Of a stretch of DNA of 64,000 bases, positions 24,483 to 39,200 are shown piece after piece. Location of the stretch: the NCBI GenBank assembly GCA_964247055.1, contig OZ176050.1:13702001-13766000 (forward strand). Reading direction: 5' to 3'. Under the pieces are notes generated by a model, which was not told where the DNA came from, did not search any database, and saw nothing but the letters and a program-made list of their open reading frames with translations. A program made the translations under genes and the position numbers. Origin of the DNA: Paragordius varius. Its lineage: Eukaryota > Animalia > Nematomorpha. The first letter of the stretch is position 1; every line of letters begins with the position of its first letter.

Positions 24483-27400
24483 AGTATTCGATCATTTAAT
24501 TTATTTGAACTAAAATCTATTTTATAGCATGTAATAAAATTATTAAAATTCAAGATATAATCAAGGGCTCATGTTTTTTGTCACATCTTATAAAAAAACT
24601 CGGAATGTCAAAAAGAGTTTATCAGATGAATCAAATTTATATAGTCTGGGATAATAATTGTGAATTTCTGACGATATTTTGTTTTGATTGGTATTTCCCC
24701 GAGAAATTTCTTAATTGTATTTTGATTCTGATTGCCAAGTACATATAAAATAAGGCGTTATTAGTTCCCGCCTTCTAAAAAGTATGAAAGAATCTTGTTG
24801 GCAATTCATTGTTTTAGAAAATTTGGATATGCAGCACAATTAATATATAATAACATTTAAAGTTTTAATACATATGCAAGTTATAAAACTCTGGAGTCCA
24901 AAACAAGCATTTTAATTGTTTTTAGTTGTAAGTTTTTTTATATTTAAATAAATTAGTTGTCGTATACCGATTCCCACAATAATTAATACTTTTTGTGCCA
25001 TATGGTAATAAGGACGTTGACTTTTGACAACTTTTTTATACATTTATAGATTATATAATAGTGTTTTGCCTTTTTTGTAAGTTTAAGTCATAAAATTTGG
25101 CTTTATAAAACATAATATATAGTTATTATAATACATATTGGAAACGTAAAACAAATAATGATTATTTTATTTCCCTGGCTTATATATGTATCCTTGCTAT
25201 ATACAAGAGTGTGATGTGACACAAACTGACAACTCGTAAAATATTGATTAATTCAGACTCTGTTCACTTTTTTTAATTATTTATTTATTTATTTGTATGT
25301 AATGAATAGATAGCTATATACTAAATTAAATTGAACAAATTTGGAAATTATACAAGATAGTACATGATAGTAAATTCTCAAAAGATAACCTGGTTAACAA
25401 TATTTTTTGTATTATAACTCTCATTAAAAAATAAACAATTAAGTCGGTATGTGCCTATACATTGTCAGCGATATCAAATCTTCTTACAATTCCAAACGTC
25501 GAACGGATAAATATTGCCAAGTTTAAATTTTATTATTTATAACTTCGTTTATGCTTATTTTTCATCCAGCAGAATCCTATTTATCCTTAATATTTATCTT
25601 TAATCGCATATGGGTTTGTATAGGCTAAAAAAGTAGCTTTTAAGAGCAGCAATACTAAATTTGACATCGTTTTAAAATTTTGGGATTGTCCCAGTTAGAA
25701 TAAAATGCAAATCCTAAAATTTTTTACAAAAATAGTTTTAGATGCCATAGAAAGAGTCCAGTTATTTTATATTATTGCCTTACCAAACCGTTTTTATATC
25801 TCGAGGCGAACCAAATAGTCAGTTTAAGTTCGAGCCATCATAACAGATTTTTTTAATTTGATCATGACATGATTCAGTTGTAATTCTAATTTTTGCATGG
25901 ATTTTAATTTTAACAATATATTTGGCCTGCTTATTTGCATTTTTTCTTTAGATTGTTAAGTATGTATGTAGAGCATTAGTTGTAAAAATTTAATAGAGAA
26001 TCAATTGTTTTAAAAATGGCTTTTTAAGGTGCCAAATTTGTTATCAGTGTTTTGAAAATACTATGATATAATTTATAATCTATTGTAATTATGAAAGTGT
26101 TTCTGATATCTTTAGGTAGGTCATATAATTATTCATATATATGGTATTTTTTGTAAATTTTTCCATAAAATAGTAAATGAAAATTGGTAAAATGAAATTA
26201 TTAACCAAATTATTTTTTATAAAATGCACAAGTACGTAAATACTTTACCTATAATGAAAATGATAAACCATATGATCTTTTTACGCAGGTGATTTAAAGC
26301 CATGATATATTTTTATATTAAAACATATTCAAATAACCTGATTTTTGCATTTTAGATATTTCATAAAAATTATAGCTAAACATCATACCAAATTTTATTC
26401 TTTCCACTTATAAAATTAGGAAATCGCTTAATAATTATACCTCAATTTTCAATTTTCATTGGTTTGCAATTAAAAAGCAACTCTTTAACCCAATATTTAT
26501 ACATTATATCCTCGATGATATCATCTTTTTTTACTAGGGCATAAATTTATCTCGGATTTTTGATATTTTTTAAGCTTTCATTTTAAGGCTACCAAAAAAG
26601 TAACACAGAGTTTACTTTTCATACATCATTTAGCCTTTACTTTACTATTGGGACCTTTCCAGCAAACATGATATTTTGCCGATGGTTTTAATAAAATAGG
26701 ATCCTAATTTTTATGACCCAATAAGCCACGTAAAGCGTTGATTAAAATTAGGCATATTAGCTGTTTAACTGGAGGAATTTTAGTAACTTAAAAAAACAAA
26801 AAAAAAGATCAAAGAAGATATAATTATACAGTGAAATTTTATATTTGTGAATTAGACAATATGGAATGAAATACACCAATTATTTATTGCATAAAGGAAA
26901 AAGAAAATTATTAATTAATTGTGGCGCTGTGCTGATTCTATCATTTTTAGAACGAAAATTTTCTATAATAGTTATTTATGATAAATATATAAGTTCATCA
27001 ATATATATTAATTTTTTTATACAAAATATTTTTTTTGATTGATAACGAGATATATATATACATAATTATATATATTATATATAAAAAAGAGTAATAACAA
27101 ATGGTATGTATATATTTTAAATATTTTAAAATAAATTTTTTTTAATATTTTTTAAACGTTTTTTTTTTCAATTATAACCAGACAACCCTAGTATGGTGAG
27201 AAATATTCAAATTTTTCAATTTGACATCATAAGTAATCCCTTATATATATTGTATAATTCTAAATGAAATATGCCTTAGATATTAGCCGAATTCGATCAC
27301 AAAGTATTTTTAATCAATAATATTTATCATACGATCAAGAAAAAATATATTTTGGCCAAGATCAATTATTACGAAATTTTTAATATGATACTTTTTTAAA

Positions 27401-29175
27401 ATATATAAATTTTGATATGAGAAATTATTAACGAAAAAGAAAAGAATATACGTATATTTTAACATTAATATTTACAGTATGCTTTTAATGGTTGCTTATT
27501 TCATACTATATTTGGGCATTTTGCAACACAAGAGTGTATGGAAAAGAAAGGAACTATAATTGTTTATTCAACATTTTGTTGTTTTTTCCATACACTTACT
27601 GTGTTGCGAATTGTCCGAATATAGTGTGAAATAAGCAACCATTAAAATGCATACTGTAATCGGATTGAAACATCTATTGCTTTTTGAAACCATTTTAAAA
27701 AACGTATACAAATTATATAAAATGCAAAATTAATTTTTTTTAGATTTTTCAAAGTATATATATATTTATATATTTAAAAATTAATATAAAAATCTTCAGG
27801 ATATTAATTGCATAGAGCATCTAAAATAAATAAAACAATAGAACCATGCGAAGAAAAATTTTTTTAAATCGGAATGAACGGGAACTAAATAATTATTTTT
27901 ACCTTTAATTTATGAATTTTAATTTAATTTTAACTATTGCTAATTTAATTATACCAGACCTTAAAATTAATTTCAATCAATTTGTGATTCAAAAAAAAAA
28001 TTTTTTTTTTGCAATATTTGAACAACCGTTTTGCTTTTTTACAAAGGGAAAACACGTCTTTGATAAAGGAATCAATAAGAATGAATGGTTCAATGATCTA
28101 TCTCTTCTAGAGGTTTTAATAATTACTTAATTTTTCAATCAACTAACACAATTGAAATGATCAAATATTTTAATTTTGAATTCTAATTTAATGCTCTACT
28201 TACTATTAAACATCAATAAATTTTGGATATGGCTTAAATGAAGTTTTAAACTTAATAGAGTTTATAAGAAATATTGGTTAGTTATTGTGTGGGACACATG
28301 GAATTGTCTTTGATTAATAGCATATACCATAATCCTTCTAAGTTTTCTTTTTTTATTGAGAATTGTCATGTTTTGAAGATGAACTATACGGGATATTCCT
28401 ATAAAACATCAGAATAAATTGTTTTTTGTCCAGAATAAATTATTTTTAGCTTGACTCTTGGAGAAGGAGATTGTTTTAGAGTAGAATCTGTATGGCAGTT
28501 TTGTCATATCATTCATTAATTTATCCAACCAAGTTGATTTATTATCTCCGACTATGCGATATCTCAATCGAATAAGGAGCAATAGTTTTGATTTAAAACA
28601 ATGTAAAAATTTTTCTTATAAATACTTATTTGGATTCAATTCTTATTTTAAGGATATTTAAAGAAATTAAGGAATGAATCGTAATTATTTATAGATTGGC
28701 CTAACTTGCATTTTATTAATAAAAATGCCTTCGAAAGTTGAAATTTTTTCAATCCTTCAATATTTTGTGGATGTTTGTAGTTAATCACTAAGTTTAAAGA
28801 TTTGAGTGTAATAAACTGAATATATTATAGAAATTTTGTAGTTCTGTTTATTAAATATGACATTTACACCTTCAAGGGGAAACAATATGTATCCATTTTT
28901 AAAAATCGATATAATTAAAATTAAGAACTGAAAGTTGCCATTTAATACTATATATATATATGAAAGTTTTAAATTATATGTTTATTAATTAGTTCCTTTA
29001 AATTAATTTATCATCATATCTTTACTTTAATAACAGGATATGCACATGTTTGATTTTTACTGGTTATTTTACAAGCTCATAGTTTTATGCAGTTATAATC
29101 GGTCAGAGATATACAAATAACATTTATCTAAATAGAGGCCTAAATATATATTTATGTGTTCAGTAATAAAAAAAT

Positions 29176-29251
29176 ATACAGTTTACAATCTCTTTTTTCC
29201 TTATATTATTAAAGGGTAAGGACTTAAATTGCCTACTATACCATCACGCCT
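29176..29251 (-). mobile_element. Internally deleted SINE copy
   Basis: Keeps both ends of the 34603 and 37433 SINEs (atacagttt...gggtaaggac joined to cctactataccatcacgcc). Confidence 0.65.
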
Positions 29252-31261
29252 TATATTGTGTTGTTCAGTAATTAATTTAACAAATTTTTGGATTAGTAGT
29301 TTCATTTTGATTTAAGTTAATTAAACAAGTCTAATATATTGTGTTTATTAAAATCATATTTCAAATTCATAGACACACATATTTAGATATCTATACAGTT
29401 TAGATATTATAACATGTTTAGAATTATTTTATGTTCCGCATTTTGTAATTAGGGGTCTTGTTAGGTACATTCATTTTATGAATTGTCAGAATAGAGTTAT
29501 AGGCTCTAACAAAAGTATGTAAAAAAATTACAGAAAAATTACAAATATGACTTAGAGTTAGTTCCTACTGAAATCTCCTGAGAGAAATGGGATAGAACAC
29601 ATAGAAAGAACTATGTTGGCAAAAAAATGTCCATTCACCATATTTTTTGTTGTTAGTTAGTTGGTTGACACATAAAAATATCATTTGTCTTTCATAGTAG
29701 TAAGTATTAGTATTATATATATCACATATACAATTCATATATTTATGGAAATTATTTGGTATATATCAAAGTATATAGATATGATTCTCTCGTTCTATAA
29801 ATAATTTTTCACGCTCTGTGCCATATTGGATACTACATAATAAATTTTTAATATATTGTAATTTTCCCCCTATCGATTGACCAAGAGGAGATATATTGCA
29901 ATTGTAATCACAATATAACTTTTAATTTTGGGAAATATGTATGGATATAAATGATTTATTTAAGATGATTGTATGAATAGTTTACATTACCGAGTCCAGT
30001 CACTAGTATATGCAAAGAAATAAATTCAACAAATTTATATCGTTATAATCTCATGATTTCCGAATTTCTAAAAAATTTTAGCATCTGTTGTGCTAAATTT
30101 TTCAAGGGTTTTTCGGTAGAGCCCATAGCTTAAATATTTTCATCCAAAATATTTTATACATATAGAATATGGAAGAAACTTTATCTATCATCTACTGGAT
30201 ATGTATGTCACAATAGTCGCATATTAATAATGATAGAGAATTATTATCAAGATAAGCAAATAAACTTTATGAAAAAAACATGACATATCAATATCTCCAA
30301 AAATATATATGCGTTCATGTCAACTTTAAATACCAGGATACAAAAAAATAGAATAAAAAGAATATTAAAAAATATACACTTCAAAAATCTAACCTACTTT
30401 GAATGATCTCACGTTTCCAAATAAGAAGCCTTAATAACTTTGAACCAAACTCCAAACAGCAGGACAATACAAAATATTCCAATGAAATTTCCATCCCTAA
30501 CTGCAAAGTTTTGGGTAAAAAAATTTAATCCAATCAACAAATACAGCATTTATACAAGTGCCTTTTCATTCTTGATTCTTTTGTCAACCCTGCTATCCTT
30601 AATATCCAACGTTCATGGTAATTACAGAAATATTTCACTTAAAAATTAAAAGATTAATACTAATTTTGAAATCAAATTATATTATTAAAATATACCATTA
30701 AGCAATTCAAATTCACCCTCGAACAATTCAAATTCACGCTAAAAATAAATTATAATTTTTCGGGCCAATTTAACTGACCATTAATATAAAATATATCTTT
30801 ATTGCATTCTTTATTATTTTTTCAGTATTATTTTAATTTTAAACAAAATTTCATTTTTAAAAAATATAAAAAAAATATGAGTAATTTTTAAACTTAAAAA
30901 ACACTTAATTTATTTTAGGCTGAATTTGAATTGTTTAAGGGTGAATTTGAAGTGTAAATGGCATTTTATTAATAATTTAAATTCTGCAACCCAAAACAAT
31001 ATTTTACATGTACAAATATATAGAAATAGGTTGTCTTTACAAGAAATATAAATTGGCTTATTTTAAATTGCCTTGACAGTTACAATTTAATCATTGTTAG
31101 TTTTTTTTTCAGTATCATTGCCTTAAAAATTGCTCTTTTAATTATTTATATTTTTTTGATATTCGAAAGTGGCATGAATTGTCTCACACTATTGAAACGC
31201 GACAAGTTTTGGATTATTATATATATATATTTTAAAAAAGGCATCTTTATATCCACCTCAA

Positions 31262-31297
<36 letters not shown>

Positions 31298-32107
31298 TTG
31301 AAATATGCGCGCGCTTTAAATAAAAACGGATGAAATATGAAGTGACAAAATGGAATAAGGAATATTTTTGATAGATTAAAAAAAGTATCGTTTCCTTTAT
31401 TTTGACCTAATATATTATATGTGTACGTTATAAATCTATTTTTGATTAACTAACTCTATATTGTAAAATGCAATATTTTGTCGTTATCTTTTTGTTGTAA
31501 ATTTGCTGTAATGAATTATCAGTTATTATGCGACATGGTTAGATGACCTTTTCAAAATATAATGATTTAATGGATTAACACTTCTTGCCCTTTTGAGGTA
31601 GGTTTATGTCCGAAGGCAATTAAAATTTTTATCATAAAAAATATTTTTAGTATTGGGCTAAATTTAAAAATCTTTTTAGCCTTTTGTGTACATGATCAAA
31701 AAATTTTTTTGAAAAGGTAAAAAAAATTGTAAAAAAATTCCCTCTCAAATTATTTCGCCGTCATTTTTTTCTTTAATTTTTTTCGAATCGTGAATAACAT
31801 GCAAATATCATGTTATGGTTAAAAAATATAAATAATTAACCTCATTAATTTAGGAAAGCTTTCAAATCGCAATTTACCAGCAAATTTTTGATATTTGCTG
31901 ATTATAATATCAGCTGTTTGTTTCAATCGTGTTTATCTGGATTTGGGACTCTAGAAGTTTATGTTTTTATCTAATACAGGACAAGAGGGTTTAAATACTT
32001 TAAGCTCTAAAGTCGAAAACTACCAAATTTTATTACGGACAAAAAATTGAAAAATTAATGTTAAGCCGTACAAATTCCAACATTTATATTAAAATAATAT
32101 TTTTTAG

Positions 32108-33179
32108 CTTCAGAGGACGAGGAAAGATTGGTTAAAGATTTATTTCACAGTTATAATAAACTTATTCGACCTGTCACGAATAAAACGGACAAGTTGACAG
32201 TTAAGTTTGGTATGGCTCTCATACAACTCATCAGTGTGGTATATAATATATATATATATATATATGTATATAATAAATATTTATGCAGCCCGCGAAAAAT
32301 TTTCAAATACAAAATTTTACGAATAATAGTAAATCGATTATCTTAAACAAAATTTTTGTATAAATATTTCCATATTTCGGTAATGAACTGGCAAAACCTG
32401 TTAAAAAGTAGTAGTTTTTACAGATTTTATTTAAATTCTAATAAAATATTTAATAATACCCATTTATATAACCGAAACCATTTGTGTTGGACAGCCCTAG
32501 TTTAAATTTAGTTGCTACATTTAAAACATAAAAATGGATTGATTATGTTTTGGGTAAAATACTGAAAGTAAAACATACTTATTTTTTTATTGATAATATA
32601 AATTTTCAATAATAAGGTATCATCAATCGGTTTCCTATTAAATTATTGTTATATAATTATTGGAATGTTTAAAACATAGAGAAAATGTTTGAATGCGAGT
32701 ATTTTAAACTCCATTCATCTGTATCAAAATTTGTATTGCGTGTTTAAATTAGTAGATAATTTTGGTTAAAGAAAAACTTTTTAATTTTAATCATATTAAT
32801 ATATATATATATATATATATATATGATATCAAATCATGTTTTATAGGTTTTAAGTTAAATATCTTATATATTTATACGTCTGAAATTAGAGTGAATTGGA
32901 ACAAGTGCTTAAAACGAATGTATGGCTCCGCTTGGTAAAATATTTTTTATTTCCATGAAATCAATTATTTTTACCATCTACTATATATATTAAATATATA
33001 TATGTTGTATAAAATATTTTTCTCCATCTATATTTACAAAAATTGTGTTAAAAATGAGAATTTTTAAAATATTTTATATGTAATTATAGATATGAGTCTG
33101 TTTCATAACTTTTGTAAGCACATGATATTATTATTAGTATTTACTAATTATTATTCAATATTGCTAAAATTTGATATAC

Positions 33180-33214
<35 letters not shown>

Positions 33215-36200
33215 CATATCAAATTTACCACTTGTATATGTATGAGGGAAAAGTTAAAGTTCAGATCCTTATCTCTGGAACTACTTACATGGATAATTTT
33301 GGGAACTAACCTAAAAGTTAATAGATTTTGGCTTATGTAAAAAAACTTGAATAAATGATTTTTATGGTATAATGCCATCTCATGACATTTGTCCTGAGTT
33401 AATATATACCATTAATTCAAATTCACCCTAAAACAATTTAAATTCACCCTTATAGCAAATTCACCCTTAAACAATTTAAATTCACCCTTAAATAAATTAT
33501 ATAATGTAATTAAAATTTACCTATATTTTTATTTAATTTTATAATATAAAATTTGTTTAAAATTAAAATAATACTGAAAAAATAAACTCTGCCATAAAGA
33601 CACATACCATATTAATAATCAGTAATATTAGTTTAAAAACACATATATTTTTAGGTTGAATTTGAATTGTTCAAGGGAGATTTTGAATTGTTTGAGGGTG
33701 AATTTGAACTGTAAATGGTATATTTTATTATACATGCGATTCAGGTATTGAGATTTCAAATTTAATTAATTTTTAGTTTTTTAATATACGTTTTTTATGA
33801 GTATACTACCACGCAGTATCAAAGAAATTTATGAATTTTTTAAGCTTATTGCAATAATTTTTCAACCCTATACACATTTTTATATTGGCCCATTTATATT
33901 TTTGCTGACCAATCATATACAGTATCGTGTGTTATAAAACAAATTTTATAATATTAAATAAAAAAAAGTAGTGTTGTAAAATATAGTGACCAGATAGGCT
34001 GTTTTTCGCAGTACAGTACTGGGTTTTCAGAAAAAAACTGCGCCTGTACTGCGCCCACTTTTGTACTGCATTTTGAAATAAAAAAATTAATCTTTAAATA
34101 TACATTATTTACCTTTTATTTATTAAAAAAAATATTTTAGAATTTAATATAGTACCCGCTGTAAAAATAACCTCATAATTTGTAAAGAAATGCATTTTGA
34201 GGTACAAAACTAAGATTGGCCTATTTTTAGTTGGTTAGTAAATAATTATCTGCTCGAATTATACATAAAACATATGATTACAGCCTTTCGCGCAGTGGCG
34301 AAACTATAAATCTCGGACTCTACACCGTAAGATTCAGGCTAATGGCTCTTTCACATAGGGTTTCGTTTAAAATTAACAAAATAATTTATGATATTTTTAT
34401 ATTTGTTTGATAGTTTAGAAAGTTTATTTTTTGTTATAATTATTAAACGGAAAATTATATAGAAAAATTTAAAATATATTATATATGGCAGATGATTTCG
34501 AAATAATCTGTTTCCGTAAAAAATAAAGAGTTTTTACGATATCCATAGGTGGGAGGTATGATATTTCTTAATTTTTTTCCTAAACATTAATTTTTATTTT
34601 TTTATACAGTTTTTAGAGTCTATTTTTTCTTTTTTAATTAAAGGGTAAGGACTTAAATTGTATCCGGACTTGTAAAGGGTTTAACACTTGCCTGGCCAGG
34701 GCTGACAGTGATGATGGAAAAATTGCGTAGTTTCGAGGTTTGAACTCTGTCATGCAGTGTAAGAGTCCGGCACCCTACCTACTATACCACGCCTCTAAAC
34801 ATTAATTTTTATTAGTTATCTTATTTTTTGCATAAATAAATTTGAGATATTTTGTTGAAGCGTACTTCAAACTGTTTTGAAGCATGATAGAAACTGTATA
34901 ACGCTTTAAGATATAATAAAATTCTTTTTCCAAATAATTCAATGATGTTGAACATTCAGAGTTAAATGTTTGCTTGCAAATTTTGGTGCATTTTTGTGAA
35001 AAAACAATTTTTATTTAACATATTTTTGAAAATGAACGATTATTTTAATCAAAATCCGAGTGAGAAATTAGCATTATCGAATTATATATAAAATACATCT
35101 CAACCGTTTATATCGTTTCCATCATGCTCAAAATAGTATGAAAGGGAATTTTGCGTTTATTTTAAGAGAACGGTTCATTTTAAAAGAGCCAAAAAATTTG
35201 GGACTTTTAGAGCCACTTCTAAATATTTTAAATTTTTAAAATATTGTTTTGCTTTTTATATGGAGTTTATGTTATATTTTAGTGATATTTTTTAAAATAA
35301 AACATTTAGCGTTCACCAAAACATATATTTGAAAAAATGCGCCCCTTATGCAATTTTATACGGAGCACTTACTGTAAATAACTTACTTTAATAACTCGTA
35401 AAGGTTCAAACCAAAAGCACCATGATAATCCTGATAATTTCCTATCAGAATATATATATTTCATCATGATATTTTTTGTGGAAACTGTGGAATATTCCAC
35501 GATGGTGTAAAAACAAGGCAAAGTATGTTTTAATTTTGTACTGCGTTTAAGTTAAAAATATCTGGTCACATTATTGTAAAATGGAAATAATTGTTTTTTC
35601 AACCATTTTGTTGTTATTTCCATACACTACTGTATTGCCATTAATAATAATATTAATCCTTTAAAACTGATAAGTCCCTTGTAACTTTGTAAAAATAAAA
35701 CATTAATTAATACCTATTAAAAATTATATTTAAGGGTAAATTAATATTTATAGATCAAAACTAATATAATAGAATGAACTATTATACTATGTGAATTATG
35801 TCATTCTAGAAATCAATTTAATTTTGAAATATAATATGTATTAAATAATTTAACCTCTCGGATACAACACATTCATTTCAATCCTCCGATTCCAATTGGG
35901 GTCTTTGGGGTTCCCAGGCCTGTTAAAATCAAAAATTCCTAATAATATGGACCATATTACCATTGCAAGCAAATTGATGCGAAATATAAAAGATTCATCC
36001 AAAAAATTTAATTTTACTTTTTTTGAAGGTAACATGACATAAGTCTATTAGTCAAGCCATTTTTTCTGTTTATATTATGCCAGATATAATTCCAAAAATA
36101 ATTTACTTTAATTTAGCGTTAAAATATGAAAAAAACACGATATTTGCAAAAATATTGTAAAATAAAAATGGCGTCGAAGCAGTTTGAGATGGAGATTTTT

Positions 36201-39200
36201 TCCAAAATAAATGTATTTATAAAATTTATATTAGCATAAATTTCAATTGGAACTGTGTTAGTAGTATTTATATTATATCAATTTAAATATAATCTGGGAT
36301 CTTTAGATACCCCAGTTTGAATCGAAGTGTTAATATAATAATAATATTCATTATATACCGTTTAAACTAATTTTTCATTTCATTTTTTTCCAATTTTTAT
36401 CTGAATATAATACATATTATTATTCTGATTAATGCTGTTAAGCTTATTTTATTAAATTTTAGATGAGAAATTATCTCCTTCAGTTATTCTGGTTAAAAAT
36501 TATGTAAAGAGTTTGTTTTAGGAATCATAATTATGCAATAAGAAACTACCTTATATACCTTTTAATACCTACCATTTAGATTTGGTATGACTATCAATTG
36601 ATTTGGGATCCAAGCGATTATGGAAACATTAAAAACATACGAATCTCATACCATAAAATCTGGACGCCTGACATTGTTTTATTTAATAAGTATTTTTTCA
36701 TTTTTTGATTGTGCCCATCCTTTTTTAACATTTCATACTTGATTGTTAAAAAATTTTTAGCACCCTCGCATATGGGTGATTTTTTACCCACCAATATTTT
36801 GTGACCAGTAAATCAATGCCAAAATTAAATTAAAAAATCAATAATTTGTACCTAAGTATTAAAAAATTATTGGAATGCAAAATTAAACATTTTTTATACT
36901 AATTCTAAATTTTATGCAATAATGTTTATTATTTCATGTGATAGACAAATGTTTTAAATGAGTTTGACTGATTTATGTTTAAAGTAACGTCATAGTCACA
37001 GTTTTAATGCATATGCATTTTAGTAAGACCCTACCCTTAGGAGCCATTTATTAAATTTGTAAATTAAAATTAAAAACCCAAAATAATTGATTAACGATGG
37101 TAAATTTATGCATAGTGCGGATGGAAAGTATGAGGTAAGCACTAAATGTAACGTAGTCTTGCATCACGATGGACAAGTTTTATGGGTCCCACCGTCCATC
37201 TACAAATCAACGTGTATAATGGATGTCCGATATTTCCCGTTCGATGAACAACATTGCACAATGAAATTCGGTTCTTGGACATTCAATGGGGATGAAGTTG
37301 GTTTATCGTTTTACGATGATAAGGAGTATGTTGATTTAAATGATTATTCAATCAGTGGAACATGGGATATCATTAATGTGCCAGGAATCTTGAACGTTTA
37401 CAACAAGTAGTGTCTTCTCTCTTTTCACAACTATATACAGTTTAGAGTCTCTTTTTTCCTTTTTATTAAAGGGTAAGGACCTAAATATCCGGACATGTGA
37501 AGGCTTTAACACTCGCCTGCCCAGGGCTGACAGTGAGACGATGGAAAAATTGTGTAGTTTCGGGGTTCGAACTCTGGCACGCAGTGTAAGAGTCCGGCGC
37601 CCTACCTATTATACCATCACGCCTTTTATCTTTTATCAATTTTGAATTGAATTAAAATTAACAACAATGTTTACAATATAATATAATAGGACAGAACGCA
37701 GCTCCACAAAAACTGATATTACATTCCATCTTCAAATTCGACGTAAAACACTCTTTTATACCGTCAATCTTTTGGCACCATGTATAATGATGTCGTTTAT
37801 GAGCATCTTAGTGTTTTATTTACCACCAGATGGAAACGAAAAAATAACGTTGGGCATATCAATACTCCTCGCCATTGTCCTGTTTCAATTGGTTGTGGCA
37901 AAGATACTTCCACCCACCTCAGTTTGTATCCCATTAATCTCTAAATATCTCTTGTTCACATTTATCGTAAACCTTATTTGCGTCCTATTCACCTTAATTA
38001 TCGTGAATTGGAACTTTCGAGATGGGGATATTCATCCAATTCCTACTTACATACGGTTCCTCTTCATAGACCTACTCCCAAAGTATGTGGGCATGACACG
38101 TCCTACAATAATTCGGCCTTCACAATCTCAAAACCTGATAAAATCACTTTCCAGAGAATTTGGTTCTGACGATTCTGCAACACGCGTAAGTCTACATGAA
38201 TCCCCTAATGGGTACAATGATTTTGAAACAAAAAAATCCAAATGCCAAAAAGTTCCTTGTTGTACTTCACCAATAAAATGCCTTAAACGATTATGTTGTT
38301 GTTTTTGTTTTTGTCCTAAATCATCCAAAGTTAGCGATGCCGATGGCAGTCAAGGGAGCTATGAATTACCTATCCCACGCATTTTAAGGGCAGAAAATGC
38401 AAATCAACATTACTCTTCTAGTCAAATGATGAATAATTATCATGTCTTTAATGATCCGAACAAAACATCCTCCCACAAAAATGTTCCTTATAACACACAA
38501 GGGTTTACAAGGGGTAAATCATCTCTAGAATCAAATTTAACTAACATCCTTTCATATGACGACAACTCTCTAGCCATTGCTCAAGGGTTTGCTCAGCCGA
38601 TACCCTATACAAACATGTACAATAGAGGTATACCTAAAAATGATAAGTATCTTTAAAACAAATCTGTAATCATTTTTGCCTTAATGATATATATTCGGGT
38701 TTTATATTTTATATATTGTTTATCTTAACAGTAGAATATTAATTATTTATAAGTGTTTTATGATAAGCTCTAGTCAAATTTTTGAGTTGCGCAATAAAAT
38801 TCATAAATTATATTTTTTTGAAATATATATGGAATCAACCAAAAGCCCAATATAAATCAAATTTTATAATAGTTAAGCAAAAAGCGTTTGGAGTTTTGCT
38901 AAAATTTGAAATGAATTATCGCCAAAGCTTACAAAATATAAGGTTACATCATTCAAATTACATTCGATTCAATGGAGCAAGTTATAGTAAGCTAGTTTAA
39001 ATTTAAAGCATGGCTTTAATTGGTAAAATAGTTAATATTAGTTTCATATGTGAATTGTCATATAGGTGTATTCCAATTTGCCACTAAATTTTAAATAGAG
39101 GCTAGGCGGGCATGCGCGGTTTTTAACAATAAATCTACATTTGACCAAATTCGCTATGGTACTAAATCTTTGACTAAAATCTATATCAAATGTACGTATT

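Noticed and set aside
33092-33340. 82-aa ORF
   Set aside because: Runs through a (TA)n microsatellite in an intron; no splice or homology support.
35850-36035. Minus-strand 61-aa ORF
   Set aside because: Lies wholly within a piggyBac-like MITE.
37550-37624. tRNA gene
   Set aside because: Has A/B boxes but no complete acceptor stem and continues into a body shared by three dispersed copies; a SINE head.
37772-38656. 294-aa ORF as a standalone protein
   Set aside because: It is an internal nAChR exon (37690-38627) read past its donor; the start is TTG and M4 lies in a later exon.
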